Notes: generated by a model from the letters alone, not told the origin. A stretch of 64,000 bases of DNA from Escherichia coli (GCF_030384885.1 NZ_CP128613.1); one strand, 5' to 3'; counted from the first letter of the stretch, positions 11,894 to 26,217 are shown. Program-made: numbers and translations.

Positions 11894-13054
11894 TTACAGC
11901 TGGCGCAGGCGTTCAGCTGCCGCCAGCAACGTCGATTCCTTCTTGGCAAAACAGAGACGAATGAGCTTATGGGGGAAGGGATCGGCGCAAAATACCGACA
12001 GCGGGATCGCCGCCACGCCATGCTCCCGCGTCAGCCACTGGCAAAACTCAACGTCATCCAGCGAAGAAACCGCGCTGTAATTCACCAGCAAAAAGTAAGT
12101 GCCTTCGCAGGGTAAAATCTCCAGCCGACTCTCACTTAAGGCGTTCACCAGAATATCGCGCTTCTGGCGATAAAAGTCCGGTAACGCAAGATAGTGTTCA
12201 GGTTCTGCTCGCAGCATATCGGCAAGGGCCAGCTGCGCCGGGGTATTCACCGAAAAAGTCAGATACTGATGCACTTTGCGGATCTCGGCGCTGATGGGCG
12301 CAGGCGCAACACAATAACCCACTTTCCAGCCGGTCATATGATAAGTCTTGCCAAACGATGACACCACCACCGCCCGCTCACGCAGTTGCGGATGCGCCAG
12401 CACACTGGCATGGCCCTGCTGTGAAAAGTTGATATGCTCGTAAACTTCATCGCTAATAACAAAAATCTCGTGCCCGGCAATTGCCTGCCACAAAGCGGAA
12501 AAATCAGTCTGCTGCCAGACAGTAGCACTGGGGTTATGCGGGGTGTTAAGGATCACCAGTCGGGTGCGCTCGCTTAACAATGCGGCAAATTCCTGCCAGT
12601 CCACGCGAAAATGCGGTGGTTGCAGTGCAATACGTTTCACTATTCCACCCGCAAGCATGATGGCGGGGGCGTAACTGTCATAGCTGGGATCAAAGCAAAT
12701 CACTTCATCGCCATTGCGCACCAATGCAGTAATCGCTGCGTACAGCGCTTCCGTCGCCCCTGCTGTTACGGTGATATCGCTGTCGACATCTGGTTGATAG
12801 CCATACAGCCGTTCCGTTTTCTGAGCAATCGCCTCGCGTAATGCCGGCACGCCGGTCATGGGTGCGTATTGGTTTGCTCCCTGGGCAACGTGGTACGCCA
12901 GCCGTTCCTGCAAATAGCGCGGACCATCAAAATCAGGAAAGCCTTGCGACAGGTTAATCGCCTGGTGTTGCTGCGCCAGTGCGCTCATCTGGGTGAAAAT
13001 AGTGGTGCCAAGTTGTGGAAGTTTGCTTTGTGGAATCAGAGAGTTATTTGTCAT
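11894..13054 (-). CDS. ybdL: PLP-dependent methionine aminotransferase
   Basis: ORF recognised as YbdL (aminotransferase class I); start at MTNNSLIPQ (386 aa). Confidence 0.86.
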   Translation of the reverse strand: MTNNSLIPQSKLPQLGTTIFTQMSALAQQHQAINLSQGFPDFDGPRYLQERLAYHVAQGANQYAPMTGVPALREAIAQKTERLYGYQPDVDSDITVTAGATEALYAAITALVRNGDEVICFDPSYDSYAPAIMLAGGIVKRIALQPPHFRVDWQEFAALLSERTRLVILNTPHNPSATVWQQTDFSALWQAIAGHEIFVISDEVYEHINFSQQGHASVLAHPQLRERAVVVSSFGKTYHMTGWKVGYCVAPAPISAEIRKVHQYLTFSVNTPAQLALADMLRAEPEHYLALPDFYRQKRDILVNALSESRLEILPCEGTYFLLVNYSAVSSLDDVEFCQWLTREHGVAAIPLSVFCADPFPHKLIRLCFAKKESTLLAAAERLRQL

Positions 13055-13162
13055 TTTTATTGTGCCTGACAAAGTTGCGTGTTGAAGCCACTATAACACG
13101 ATGCTAGTATTTGGCAATCAAGACGTTTAGATGTCTAAATAAAACAATAAGGACAACACAAC

Positions 13163-14251
13163 ATGCCTCACAATCCTATCCGCGTCGTCGTTGGCCCTGC
13201 TAACTACTTTTCTCATCCCGGCAGTCTCAATCACCTGCATGATTTTTTCACTGATGAACAGCTTTCTTGCGCAGTGTGGATCTACGGTGAACGTGCACTT
13301 GCCGCGGCGCAAACCAAACTTCCAACGGCGTTTGAACTGCCAGGAGCAAAGCATATTTTGTTTCGCGGTCATTGCAGTGAAAGCAATGTGCAACAACTGG
13401 CGGCTGAGTCCGGTGACGATCGCAGCGTGGTGATTGGCGTCGGCGGCGGCGCACTGCTCGACACCGCGAAAGCCCTCGCCCGCCGTCTCGGTCTGCCGTT
13501 TGTTGCCGTTCCAACGATTGCCGCTACCTGCGCTGCCTGGACACCACTCTCTGTCTGGTACAACGATGCCGGACAGGCGCTACATTATGAGATTTTTGAC
13601 GACGCCAATTTTATGGTGCTGGTGGAACCGGAGATAATCCTCAATGCGCCGCAAGAATATCTGCTGGCAGGAATCGGTGACACGCTGGCGAAATGGTATG
13701 AAGCGGTGGTGCTGGCTCCTCAGCCAGAAACGTTGCCACTAACCGTGCGGCTGGGAATCAATAATGCGCAGGTCATTCGCGACGTCTTGTTAAACAGTAG
13801 CGAACAGGCGCTTGCCGATCAGCAAAATCAGCAGTTAACGCAATCATTTTGCGATGTGGTCGATGCGATTATCGCCGGAGGCGGAATGGTCGGTGGTCTG
13901 GGCGATCGTTTTACGCGTGTGGCGGCGGCCCATGCCGTGCATAACGGTCTGACTGTACTGCCACAAACCGAGAAATTTTTCCACGGCACCAAAGTCGCTT
14001 ACGGTATTCTGGTACAAAGCGCCTTGCTGGGTCAGGATGATGTGCTGGCGCAATTAACCGGGGCGTATCAGCGTTTTCATCTGCCGACCACGCTGGCGGA
14101 GCTGGAAGTGGATATCAATAATCAGGCAGAGATCGACAAAGTGATTGCGCACACCTTGCGTCCGGCGGAATCCATTCATTACCTGCCGGTCACGCTGACA
14201 CCAGATACGTTGCGTGCAGCGTTCGAAAAAGTGGAATCGTTTAAAGCCTGA
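13163..14251 (+). CDS. ybdH: iron-containing alcohol/hydroxycarboxylate dehydrogenase family protein
   Basis: 362-aa ORF with GGGxxxD glycerol-dehydrogenase-like motif; recognised as YbdH. Confidence 0.84.
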   Translation: MPHNPIRVVVGPANYFSHPGSLNHLHDFFTDEQLSCAVWIYGERALAAAQTKLPTAFELPGAKHILFRGHCSESNVQQLAAESGDDRSVVIGVGGGALLDTAKALARRLGLPFVAVPTIAATCAAWTPLSVWYNDAGQALHYEIFDDANFMVLVEPEIILNAPQEYLLAGIGDTLAKWYEAVVLAPQPETLPLTVRLGINNAQVIRDVLLNSSEQALADQQNQQLTQSFCDVVDAIIAGGGMVGGLGDRFTRVAAAHAVHNGLTVLPQTEKFFHGTKVAYGILVQSALLGQDDVLAQLTGAYQRFHLPTTLAELEVDINNQAEIDKVIAHTLRPAESIHYLPVTLTPDTLRAAFEKVESFKA

Positions 14252-14260
14252 CGTACAAAT

Positions 14261-14458
14261 TTAGCAGCAGCGCGCGCCGCCTTTTCCACCGTAGCGCGCG
14301 TCCTGCCGCTCACGGAAAAACTCCTCGTAGGTCATCGGCGTTTGATCGGGATGGTTAACCCGCATATGTTCGACATAGTTGTCGTAATCAGGCATACCAA
14401 TCATCAGCTTCGCCGCCTGACCTAAATATTTTCCGGCTTTTGCCAGTGAATCAAACAT
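14261..14458 (-). CDS. ybdD: small DUF466-family protein co-transcribed with cstA
   Basis: 65-aa ORF recognised as YbdD; immediately downstream of cstA on the same strand. Confidence 0.75.
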   Translation of the reverse strand: MFDSLAKAGKYLGQAAKLMIGMPDYDNYVEHMRVNHPDQTPMTYEEFFRERQDARYGGKGGARCC

Positions 14459-14599
14459 CAATACCTCCGGTAATCAGGTTGCTGAGAGAGTGCATTAATA
14501 GCTATCAACGCGCTCGGTCAGTCCCCTCGCCCCACCGGGGAGAGGGTTAGGGTGAGGGGGAACCCCAGGCACTACGCCAACATCCCCCTCACTCTGACT

Positions 14600-16705
14600 T
14601 TAGTGCGCGCCTTTCGCCTGCGCCTCGATCTCCTCGACATTTTCCGGCATTGGCTCATACGGCGTTTCTTTCGCCGTTGGCTTCGGATCTTTCAATGCTG
14701 CCAGTGCCGTCTTAATCGAGAACAGCGCCAGAACCACCACAACCACCATAAAGAAGATGGTTAATCCGGCATCCAGACGGTTGTTGAACACCAGTTGCGC
14801 CAGTTGTGACTCAGTATACTGCGACGGAATATTGCCGCTGTCGATCATTGCCTGGAACTTGTTAGCAATCGCCAGAAAACCGACTTTCGCATCCGGGCTA
14901 AACGCTTTCTGCCAGCCTGCGGTCAGGGTACAAATCAGCAGCCAGGCCGTTGGTACCAGCGCCACCCAGGCGTAACGTTGACGTTTCATCTTGAACAACA
15001 CCACGGCACAGAGCATCAGCGCCATCCCTGCCAGCATCTGGTTGGCAATACCAAACAGCGGCCACAGAGTGTTAATACCGCCCAGCGGATCGACCACGCC
15101 CTGATGCAGAAAGTAACCCCAAGCCAGCACGCACAGCGCCGTTGCCAGCAGGTTAGCAGGCAGTGAATCGGTCCGTTTCAGGCCCGGAGAAACCACGCCC
15201 AGCAGATCCTGCAACATAAAGCGCGCAGCACGCGTACCCGCATCCACCGCCGTCAGAATAAACAGTGCTTCAAACAGAATGGCGAAGTGATACCAGAACG
15301 CCACATCCATCATGCCACCCAGCGCGCCGTGCAGAATGTAGGCCATCCCCACCGCCAGGGTCGGCGCACCGCCCGCACGGGAAATGATCGACTGTTCACC
15401 CACTTCGCTGGCAATCTGATTTAACGTATCTGGCGTAATGCTAAAGCCCCAGCTACTCACTACCTGCGCAGCAGATGCCACTACATCCGCCGTCCCCGCC
15501 GGAGCCAGCACCGCCATCGGGCTGTTCATCGCGAAGTACACGCCCGGATCGATGATACAGGCAGAAACCAGTGCCATAATCGCCACGAAGGATTCCATCA
15601 ACATCCCGCCGTAGCCGATAAAGCACGCCTGACCTTCGTTCGCCAGCATCTTCGGTGTGGTGCCGGAAGAGATCAGCGCATGGAAGCCAGACACCGCGCC
15701 ACAGGCGATAGTAATAAACAGGAACGGGAACAGATTACCGGTCCATACCGGGCCAGTGCCATCTACAAACTTGGTCAGCGCAGGCATGGTCAGCGTCGGA
15801 CGCATAATCAAAATGCCTACCGCCAGACCGACGATAGTCCCGATTTTCAGGAAGGTAGAGAGGTAGTCACGCGGAGCCAGCAGCAACCACACCGGCAGAA
15901 CCGCCGCCACAAAACCGTAACCCACCAGCATCCAGGTCAGCTGCACGCCGGTAAAGTCAAAGTACGGTGCCCAGGTCGGGCTTTCTGCCACCCAGCCGCC
16001 AGAGATAATGGCGAAAATAAGGAATACCAGGCCAATCACCGACACTTCCCCAATGCGGCCTGGACGCAGATAGCGCAGGTAAATCCCCATGAACAGCGCC
16101 AGCGGAATGGTGAACGCAACGGTATACGTTCCCCACGGGCTATGAGTCAGGGCTTTCACCACGATCATCGCCAGTACTGCAAGAATAATGACCATGATCA
16201 TAAAGCAGGCCACCAGCGCAATCACCCCGGCGGTTGGCCCCATCTCTTCTTTAACAAGCTCGCCCAGCGAGCGACCGTCACGGCGCGTGGAAACAAACAG
16301 CACCATGAAATCCTGCACCGCACCGGCGAGAACCACCCCGGCAAGTAGCCAGATCATCCCCGGTAGGTAGCCCATTTGCGCTGCCAGTACCGGCCCCACC
16401 AACGGGCCTGCTCCGGCAATGGCCGCAAAATGGTGACCGAACAGCACTTTCTTGTCCGTCGGCACATAGTCCAGCCCGTCGTTATGGCGCACCGCTGGCG
16501 TCATACGCGTCGGGTCAACCGCCAATACATTTTTGGCGATATAAAGACCATAAAAACGGTAAGCGATCAGATAGATACAGACCGACGCCACCACAATCCA
16601 CAGCGCGTTGATCTGTTCCCCACGATTTAAAGCAATGTATCCCAGAGCAAATGCTCCCATTACAGAGAGCACTGTCCAGACGAGGTATTTCCCTGATTTG
16701 TTCAT
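14600..16705 (-). CDS. cstA: carbon starvation protein A (peptide/pyruvate transporter family)
   Basis: 701-aa polytopic membrane protein recognised as CstA. Confidence 0.92.
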   Translation of the reverse strand: MNKSGKYLVWTVLSVMGAFALGYIALNRGEQINALWIVVASVCIYLIAYRFYGLYIAKNVLAVDPTRMTPAVRHNDGLDYVPTDKKVLFGHHFAAIAGAGPLVGPVLAAQMGYLPGMIWLLAGVVLAGAVQDFMVLFVSTRRDGRSLGELVKEEMGPTAGVIALVACFMIMVIILAVLAMIVVKALTHSPWGTYTVAFTIPLALFMGIYLRYLRPGRIGEVSVIGLVFLIFAIISGGWVAESPTWAPYFDFTGVQLTWMLVGYGFVAAVLPVWLLLAPRDYLSTFLKIGTIVGLAVGILIMRPTLTMPALTKFVDGTGPVWTGNLFPFLFITIACGAVSGFHALISSGTTPKMLANEGQACFIGYGGMLMESFVAIMALVSACIIDPGVYFAMNSPMAVLAPAGTADVVASAAQVVSSWGFSITPDTLNQIASEVGEQSIISRAGGAPTLAVGMAYILHGALGGMMDVAFWYHFAILFEALFILTAVDAGTRAARFMLQDLLGVVSPGLKRTDSLPANLLATALCVLAWGYFLHQGVVDPLGGINTLWPLFGIANQMLAGMALMLCAVVLFKMKRQRYAWVALVPTAWLLICTLTAGWQKAFSPDAKVGFLAIANKFQAMIDSGNIPSQYTESQLAQLVFNNRLDAGLTIFFMVVVVVLALFSIKTALAALKDPKPTAKETPYEPMPENVEEIEAQAKGAH

Positions 16706-16885
16706 AGTTGTTATCCGTGTGCGTGTCCATAGAGATGTTACATTTTGTTTCTATAACATCTTTGTGCAATTTAACAACACAGCAACTATGTAAATCGGAG
16801 TTGAAACCAATATTTAACTTAACAATGTTAACTTGATCACTTCGTTAACTGAGTTTTCCTGCAATCTCATTTAATTCTGTCGGGT

Positions 16886-18047
<1,162 letters not shown>

Positions 18048-18048
<1 letters not shown>

Positions 18049-18905
18049 CATTTCACCTCGCGGGAGAGTAGCTTCCACCAGGCATCGATGGTCGGATTTT
18101 TCGCCAGCATGACAAAATCGATATCGCCATGCACTTTGCGCCAGCGCGCCGCCAGCGCCATCATGCGCACCGAATCCAGACCGTAATCGATCAGGTTGTC
18201 GTCATCGAACGGCTCATCGGACTCGTCCAGCAACGGCAGGATCACCTCTCGCAGCGCCGCTTTAGTTGAAGGGATCGGTGCAGGTAATAGTTCTTCGGTC
18301 ATCACCACCCGGCCAGAGCGCCCGGCTACATATTTCAGCGACATCAAATGCTCGTCACGACTGAAATCGGCCAGCGCATCTGCCACCATAAACGGTTTAA
18401 TATCGCGCATAAATGCGTCGGTTGCGGTGGTCATACAGCCAATGTGGGCGTACACCCCGGTTATAATCAGTTGGTTACGTCCACTCTCTTTGAGCATTTG
18501 TTCCAGCGGAGAACGATGAAACGCGCTGTAGCGCCACTTCACCAGCACCGTGTCGTCGGCATCTGGCGTCAGGCGATCCACCACCTTTTGCTGTTCCGGT
18601 GAACGGGTCAGGCCCGGCCCCCACATATCATTCAACAGCGCCCGATCTTCATCGCTCTGCTCTTTCGGCTGGGCGGTGTAATAAACCGGGATATTGTGCT
18701 GTTTGCAGTAGTCGCGTAGTGCCGCAATATTCGCGATCACCTGCTCCATCATCGGACAGTTCTCGCCCCAGAAGCTGACAAAATAGTCCTGCATATCATG
18801 GATTAACAACGCGGCACGTTGCGGCTCAAAGGCCCAGTTGACTTTATTCTGCGGAATATCGTGAGACTCCGGCAGTGCGTAAGCCTGTAATTTTGGAATA
18901 GCCAT
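18048..18905 (-). CDS. entB: isochorismatase / aryl carrier protein
   Basis: 285-aa ORF recognised as EntB. Confidence 0.92.
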
Positions 18906-18918
18906 CGTGTTCTCTCCT

Positions 18919-20529
18919 TCAGGCTGATGCGCGTGACGCCAGCCACTGACGTAATTGTTTTTTATCGACTTTCCCGACCGCCGTCAGCGGAAGTGAATCT
19001 ACGCACTCCACGCGATCCGGTAATTTAAATTCGGCAATACCCTGTTCACGCAGGAAACGACGCACCTGTACCGCACGCAGTGGTTCTTTTACCACCAGAT
19101 AAGCACAGCTTTTTTCGCCCATCAGCTCATCTTCCATACTCACCAGGGCGGCGTAGATCACCGCCGGATGGCGCAGTAACAGGTTTTCGATCTCTTCGGC
19201 AGCGATCTTCTCGCCGCCACGGTTGATCTGATCTTTCTCGCGCCCCTGCACGGTGATGTACCCCTCTGGATCAATAGAGATCAGATCGCCGGAACAGTAA
19301 AAACCGTTGGCATCAAAGGCGCTGGCATTGTGCTGTGGACTTTTGTAATAGCCGCGGAAGGTGTACGGCCCGCGCGTCATCAGGCGTCCAACCTCCCCTT
19401 GCGGCAGTGGATTTCCGTCAGCATCGGCAACCCACACTTCATCATCCGGACACATTGGATAGCCCTGGGTATGGATAATTTTCTCCGCGCTATCATCAAG
19501 ACGGGTGTAGTTCACCAGCCCTTCCGCCATGCCGAATACCTGCTGTAACTGGCAGCCAATCTCTGCGGGAATACGCGCCGCAAGCGTGGCAGAAAGACGT
19601 GCGCCACCGACCTGTAACAGTTTCAGCGAGGCAAGCTGCGCCCGGCTTTCACCTTCGGTCAGCGCCTGTAACCACAGGCTGACTGCTGGTGGCACCAGCG
19701 CGGTGACGTTCACCTGATGTTTTGCAATCAATGGGAAGCAGAGCGTGGCGCTAGGGTCGGCAGCCAGAACGACCGTGCCGCCAGCGAGAAAGACGCCCAG
19801 CGATCCTGGCGAACTCATGGCGTAGTTGTGAGCCGCAGGAATCGCGCACAGGTAGCGTGTCTGTTGCGTGAACTGACAAATCTCGACGCTACGACGTACG
19901 CTGTAGTAATAGTCATTGTGAGTGCGTGGGATCAGTTTCGGTGTACCGGTGGTTCCGCCGGAAAGCTGAAAATAGGCCACTTCATCGGCAGGTGACGGTG
20001 TGGCAATAAAATCCTCTGCCGGATGGTTAATCGCATCCTGCAAGTTATGTTCGCCGCTATCGTTCAGCAGTTGCACCACGCGAATGGAGGAGTGCTCTGC
20101 AACAAACGTATTAAGGAAGTCATCCCCGCTAAATAGCGCATGCTGGCGATCGGCAATCAGTAACACCGGTTTAATCTGGCTGGCATAGGCGTTCAGTTCA
20201 CTACGCTGATGGCTGAACAGCGCCAGCACCGGTGCAACGCCCAGTTTTAACAGCGCAAAAAAGGTAATATACAATTCAGCGACGTTACCCAGTTGTACCA
20301 GTGCGGTTTCACCGGGTTTAATGCCCTGACGACGCAAGCTACAGGCGAGATTATCCGCCGCCTGATTCAGTTCCCGGTAACTCAACTGACGCTCGCCGTC
20401 GATGACCGCGATGCTGTCGCTTGCGGCATGACGGGTCAGAATGTCGGTCAGCGGCAAATCCTGCCAGTAGCCTTTTTCCCGATAGCGACGGGCAAACTCT
20501 TCCGGCCAGCGGGTGAATGGAATGCTCAT
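18919..20529 (-). CDS. entE: 2,3-dihydroxybenzoate-AMP ligase
   Basis: 536-aa adenylate-forming enzyme recognised as EntE. Confidence 0.92.
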   Translation of the reverse strand: MSIPFTRWPEEFARRYREKGYWQDLPLTDILTRHAASDSIAVIDGERQLSYRELNQAADNLACSLRRQGIKPGETALVQLGNVAELYITFFALLKLGVAPVLALFSHQRSELNAYASQIKPVLLIADRQHALFSGDDFLNTFVAEHSSIRVVQLLNDSGEHNLQDAINHPAEDFIATPSPADEVAYFQLSGGTTGTPKLIPRTHNDYYYSVRRSVEICQFTQQTRYLCAIPAAHNYAMSSPGSLGVFLAGGTVVLAADPSATLCFPLIAKHQVNVTALVPPAVSLWLQALTEGESRAQLASLKLLQVGGARLSATLAARIPAEIGCQLQQVFGMAEGLVNYTRLDDSAEKIIHTQGYPMCPDDEVWVADADGNPLPQGEVGRLMTRGPYTFRGYYKSPQHNASAFDANGFYCSGDLISIDPEGYITVQGREKDQINRGGEKIAAEEIENLLLRHPAVIYAALVSMEDELMGEKSCAYLVVKEPLRAVQVRRFLREQGIAEFKLPDRVECVDSLPLTAVGKVDKKQLRQWLASRASA

Positions 20530-20538
20530 CCTCGCTCC

Positions 20539-21714
<1,176 letters not shown>

Positions 21715-21742
21715 ATCATCCTCCACAAAATGATAAAGGCTT

Positions 21743-21761
21743 TAATAATGATTATCATTTA
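21743..21761. promoter_or_regulatory. Fur box in divergent entC / fepB promoter region
   Basis: aataatgattatcatttat closely matches the Fur consensus GATAATGATAATCATTATC. Confidence 0.6.
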
Positions 21762-21902
21762 TATTTTCGGTCGCTAACCTAAAAGCAAACGAGCACTATG
21801 TCAACTCTTGAGGTAACGCAATCTGCAAGTCGGGGTTGCATCTGCTTGTGGTTACAATGAAAATGAGAAGCATTAACTTCATTAATAACAGGAAGCTGAT
21901 TT

Positions 21903-22859
21903 GTGAGACTCGCCCCGCTCTACCGCAACGCCCTTCTTTTAACCGGAATTTTGCTTTCAGGAATATCCGCAGTTCAGGCTGCCGACTGGCCGCGTCAGAT
22001 TACTGACAGTCGTGGTACTCATACCCTGGAAAGCCAGCCGCAACGTATTGTTTCCACCAGCGTCACCTTGACCGGCTCACTGCTGGCGATTGATGCACCA
22101 GTGATCGCCAGCGGCGCGACCACGCCGAATAACCGCGTAGCGGATGACCAGGGTTTTTTACGCCAGTGGAGCAAGGTAGCGAAAGAACGCAAACTGCAAC
22201 GTCTCTATATCGGCGAACCGAACGCCGAAGCAGTAGCCGCACAAATGCCAGATCTGATTTTAATTAGCGCGACCGGCGGCGATTCAGCGCTGGCGCTATA
22301 CGATCAGCTTTCCACTATCGCACCAACGTTAATCATCAATTACGACGATAAAAGCTGGCAGTCGCTGTTAACGCAACTTGGCGAAATTACCGGGCATGAG
22401 AAACAAGCGGCAGAGCGGATTGCACAGTTTGATAAGCAACTGACGGCGGCGAAAGAGCAAATCAAATTACCGCCGCAGCCGGTCACTGCCATTGTCTATA
22501 CCGCCGCCGCGCACAGTGCCAATCTCTGGACAGCTGAATCAGCACAAGGGCAGATGCTGGAACAACTCGGCTTTACGCTGGCCAGGTTGCCCGCAGGCTT
22601 AAACGCCAGCCAAAGCCAGGGCAAACGCCATGACATCATTCAGCTTGGTGGGGAAAATCTGGCGGCAGGGTTAAATGGCGAGTCGCTATTCCTGTTCGCC
22701 GGTGATCAGAAAGACGCCGATGCGATTTATGCCAATCCACTGCTCGCGCACCTGCCTGCAGTACAAAACAAGCAGGTTTATGCGCTGGGAACCGAGACGT
22801 TCCGACTGGATTACTACAGCGCCATGCAAGTGCTGGATCGGCTTAAGGCGCTGTTCTAA
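21903..22859 (+). CDS. fepB: ferric enterobactin periplasmic binding protein
   Basis: 318-aa ORF recognised as FepB; apparent GTG start. Confidence 0.9.
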   Translation: MRLAPLYRNALLLTGILLSGISAVQAADWPRQITDSRGTHTLESQPQRIVSTSVTLTGSLLAIDAPVIASGATTPNNRVADDQGFLRQWSKVAKERKLQRLYIGEPNAEAVAAQMPDLILISATGGDSALALYDQLSTIAPTLIINYDDKSWQSLLTQLGEITGHEKQAAERIAQFDKQLTAAKEQIKLPPQPVTAIVYTAAAHSANLWTAESAQGQMLEQLGFTLARLPAGLNASQSQGKRHDIIQLGGENLAAGLNGESLFLFAGDQKDADAIYANPLLAHLPAVQNKQVYALGTETFRLDYYSAMQVLDRLKALF

Positions 22860-22862
22860 GCA

Positions 22863-24113
22863 TTAACTGTCAGACGCTGTCACCTGCGGCGGCGTCTGGC
22901 GAAAACGACGCAACTCCACCAGTACCAGCAACAACAACACGCCGATAATCAACAAACCAAAACCACTCGCGCTTGCGGAGGCCACCGGCGTCATCATCGC
23001 TCCCAGACCGCCCAACAGCGCTGCGCCTATAGCATCGCCCGTCACGTTTTGTGCCGTCCACAAACCGTTAATCCGCCCTAACATCGCTTCCGGGGTTTGC
23101 GTTTGCAGCATTGTGTATTGCAGCAACGAACTAACCGCGCTCAGCCAGCCGAACAGCGCCAGGCAAACCACGCCTAAAATCCACATCGGCATCAGGCCAA
23201 ACAAACCAATGGCGAGGAACGATCCCAGCGTGGAGAGCAGCATCAATAACCCTGGTCGCGCGCTATGTGCCAGCTTCCCGCTGGTTAACGCGCCAATAGC
23301 TGCACCGAGCGGGATCGCCGCATAGAGAAAACCAATCTGTGCCGCCGACATCTGCCAGTTGCCAGCCAGCGCCGGATACAGTACCCGTACCGCGCTCGCC
23401 ATCGTCAATAAACCACCCAGCAACGCAATCCCTCCCACCAGCGGGCTGGCAAGCAGAAAACGAAATCCTGCCAGTAATGATTTCAACGGATGCTCACGCG
23501 GTTGCGGTGGCGGAGGTAGCGCCGGAAGGCTTAACAATGGCAGCAAGGTAATAAACGTGCCCGCCGCCGCCAGCCCGTAGTTCCAGGCTACGCCGCCAGT
23601 CGCCAGCAGTAAGCCGCCAATCATGGGCGAAATTACCGATCCCAGCCGCACAGTCAACATGGTGATTGCCCCGGCCTGCATTAAATTTTCACGCCCAACT
23701 AATGCCGGAGTCGCCGCCAGCAGCGCCGTAACGCCAAGTGACGCGAAAAAGCCATCCCATAATCCGAGTAAATAGATTGCCAGCAAAGACGGCTCCGGCA
23801 GCAACGCGTTCAGGCACAGACCAATGAAGCCAATGCCACAGGTGCCGCGCGCCAGCAAAATCACTTTTTTGCGCTCATAGCGATCCGCCAGCACACCGCC
23901 GACCATCAAGCCGACAAACATCGCCCCGCCGGTCAGCGTCACCGAAAGCCCCACCTGCCAGGTAGAATGCGTCATCATCTGGATCTGCACTGGCACCGCG
24001 ACGCCGAGCAAACCCAGAGAAACAATAGAGATAAAACGAGCGAGGAATACTGCGCGAAACGCCGGGTGCGTTTTCAACAGGCTGAGGTTAAGCAGCCAGG
24101 ATTGTTTATTCAT
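22863..24113 (-). CDS. entS: enterobactin exporter (MFS)
   Basis: 416-aa MFS transporter recognised as EntS. Confidence 0.9.
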   Translation of the reverse strand: MNKQSWLLNLSLLKTHPAFRAVFLARFISIVSLGLLGVAVPVQIQMMTHSTWQVGLSVTLTGGAMFVGLMVGGVLADRYERKKVILLARGTCGIGFIGLCLNALLPEPSLLAIYLLGLWDGFFASLGVTALLAATPALVGRENLMQAGAITMLTVRLGSVISPMIGGLLLATGGVAWNYGLAAAGTFITLLPLLSLPALPPPPQPREHPLKSLLAGFRFLLASPLVGGIALLGGLLTMASAVRVLYPALAGNWQMSAAQIGFLYAAIPLGAAIGALTSGKLAHSARPGLLMLLSTLGSFLAIGLFGLMPMWILGVVCLALFGWLSAVSSLLQYTMLQTQTPEAMLGRINGLWTAQNVTGDAIGAALLGGLGAMMTPVASASASGFGLLIIGVLLLLVLVELRRFRQTPPQVTASDS

Positions 24114-24186
24114 TACAATGCCTTGCCATCAAATATTTTAAATACCTATTCTTAGGCTGCACATGCTAACATATCCAAATAAGATC

Positions 24187-24213
24187 GATAACGATAATTA
24201 ATTTCATTATCAT
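24187..24213. promoter_or_regulatory. Fur box(es) in divergent entS / fepD promoter region
   Basis: gataacgataattaatttcattatc resembles overlapping Fur hexamer repeats. Confidence 0.55.
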
Positions 24214-24223
24214 GGAAGTTCGT

Positions 24224-25228
24224 ATGTCTGGTTCTGTTGCCGTGACACGCGCCATTGCCGTGCCCGGATTGCTGTTATTACTGATTATCGCGACGGCATT
24301 AAGCCTGCTCATTGGAGCAAAATCACTCCCCGCTTCCGTAGTGCTGGAGGCCCTCTCCGGCACCTGCCAGAGCGCCGACTGCACCATCGTGCTCGACGCG
24401 CGACTGCCGCGTACCCTTGCCGGTTTACTGGCAGGCGGCGCGCTTGGCCTTGCCGGGGCGTTAATGCAAACCCTCACCCGAAACCCACTTGCCGACCCCG
24501 GCTTGCTTGGCGTGAACGCCGGAGCCAGCTTTGCCATTGTGCTGGGCGCGGCGCTGTTTGGTTACTCATCCGCGCAGGAACAACTGGCGATGGCCTTCGC
24601 CGGGGCGCTGGTGGCCTCGTTGATTGTTGCCTTTACCGGCAGCCAGGGCGGCGGGCAGTTAAGTCCGGTGCGTTTAACCCTGGCGGGCGTGGCACTGGCG
24701 GCGGTGCTGGAAGGGCTGACCAGCGGCATCGCCCTGCTTAATCCCGACGTCTACGATCAACTGCGTTTCTGGCAAGCCGGTTCGCTGGATATTCGTAATT
24801 TACACACCTTAAAAGTGGTGCTGATCCCGGTGCTGATCGCCGGAGCAACTGCGCTATTACTGAGCCGCGCACTGAACAGTTTAAGCCTCGGCAGTGACAC
24901 CGCGACGGCGCTGGGCAGTCGCGTAGCACGCACGCAGTTGATTGGCCTACTGGCGATTACCGTGCTTTGTGGTAGTGCGACGGCGGTAGTTGGCCCGATT
25001 GCCTTTATTGGCCTGATGATGCCGCATATGGCGCGCTGGCTGGTAGGTGCCGATCATCGCTGGTCGCTGCCCGTCACGCTGCTCGCCACACCTGCCCTGC
25101 TGCTGTTTGCCGATATTATCGGGCGGGTGATTGTTCCCGGCGAACTGCGCGTTTCTGTAGTCAGTGCCTTTATTGGCGCACCAGTGCTGATCTTCCTTGT
25201 ACGACGTAAAACGCGAGGTGGCGCATGA
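24224..25228 (+). CDS. fepD: ferric enterobactin ABC transporter permease
   Basis: ORF recognised as FepD; start at MSGSVAVTRA (334 aa). Confidence 0.9.
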   Translation: MSGSVAVTRAIAVPGLLLLLIIATALSLLIGAKSLPASVVLEALSGTCQSADCTIVLDARLPRTLAGLLAGGALGLAGALMQTLTRNPLADPGLLGVNAGASFAIVLGAALFGYSSAQEQLAMAFAGALVASLIVAFTGSQGGGQLSPVRLTLAGVALAAVLEGLTSGIALLNPDVYDQLRFWQAGSLDIRNLHTLKVVLIPVLIAGATALLLSRALNSLSLGSDTATALGSRVARTQLIGLLAITVLCGSATAVVGPIAFIGLMMPHMARWLVGADHRWSLPVTLLATPALLLFADIIGRVIVPGELRVSVVSAFIGAPVLIFLVRRKTRGGA

Positions 25229-26217
25229 TTTACGTCTCTCGTCGATTAATTATCACCTGTCTGCTGTTGCTAATAGCTTGTGTGATGGCAAGCGTGTGGG
25301 GATTACGCAGCGGTGCCGTCACGCTGGAAACCTCTCAGGTATTTGCCGCGCTGATGGGTGACGCGCCGCGCAGTATGACAATGGTGGTCACCGAATGGCG
25401 TTTACCGCGGGTACTAATGGCACTGTTGATTGGTGCGGCACTGGGCGTCAGCGGCGCGATTTTTCAGTCGTTGATGCGTAACCCACTCGGCAGCCCTGAC
25501 GTAATGGGCTTTAACACCGGAGCGTGGAGCGGCGTGCTGGTGGCGATGGTGCTGTTTGGTCAGGACCTGACGGCTATCGCGCTGGCAGCAATGGCGGGCG
25601 GCATTATCACTTCGCTGCTGGTCTGGTTGCTTGCCTGGCGTAACGGTATCGACACCTTTCGGTTGATTATTATCGGCATCGGCGTTCGCGCCATGCTGGT
25701 GGCCTTTAATACCTGGCTGTTGCTGAAAGCGTCTTTAGAAACGGCGTTAACAGCGGGTTTGTGGAATGCCGGATCGCTCAATGGCCTGACGTGGGCAAAA
25801 ACCTCGCCCTCCGCGCCCATCATTATATTGATGCTAATTGCCGCCGCCTTACTGGTAAGGCGGATGCGCTTGCTGGAGATGGGTGATGACACCGCGTGTG
25901 CGTTAGGCGTCAGCGTCGAACGTTCACGGCTGTTAATGATGCTGGTGGCGGTGGTGCTTACCGCTGCAGCAACGGCCCTTGCCGGACCGATTTCCTTTAT
26001 TGCTTTAGTCGCGCCACACATTGCCCGCCGCATCAGCGGCACCGCTCGCTGGGGGCTAACCCAGGCGGCGCTGTGCGGTGCGCTGTTACTGCTGGCAGCC
26101 GATCTCTGTGCTCAGCAACTGTTTATGCCGTATCAACTTCCGGTTGGCGTCGTTACCGTCAGCCTCGGCGGTATTTACCTTATCGTCTTGTTAATTCAGG
26201 AGTCTCGCAAAAAATGA
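25225..26217 (+). CDS. fepG: ferric enterobactin ABC transporter permease
   Basis: 330-aa ORF recognised as FepG; ATGA overlap with fepD. Confidence 0.9.
   Translation: MIYVSRRLIITCLLLLIACVMASVWGLRSGAVTLETSQVFAALMGDAPRSMTMVVTEWRLPRVLMALLIGAALGVSGAIFQSLMRNPLGSPDVMGFNTGAWSGVLVAMVLFGQDLTAIALAAMAGGIITSLLVWLLAWRNGIDTFRLIIIGIGVRAMLVAFNTWLLLKASLETALTAGLWNAGSLNGLTWAKTSPSAPIIILMLIAAALLVRRMRLLEMGDDTACALGVSVERSRLLMMLVAVVLTAAATALAGPISFIALVAPHIARRISGTARWGLTQAALCGALLLLAADLCAQQLFMPYQLPVGVVTVSLGGIYLIVLLIQESRKK

Noticed and set aside
15680-16348. 222-aa His/Gln/Arg-rich plus-strand ORF inside cstA
   Set aside because: Antisense shadow of cstA with low-complexity composition; cstA identity on the minus strand is strong.
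25896-26213. N-terminal extension of fepC (377-aa ORF starting at 25896)
   Set aside because: The extension lies wholly within fepG in another frame; the conserved FepC N-terminus MTESVARLRG begins at 26214 with the usual ATGA-type overlap.
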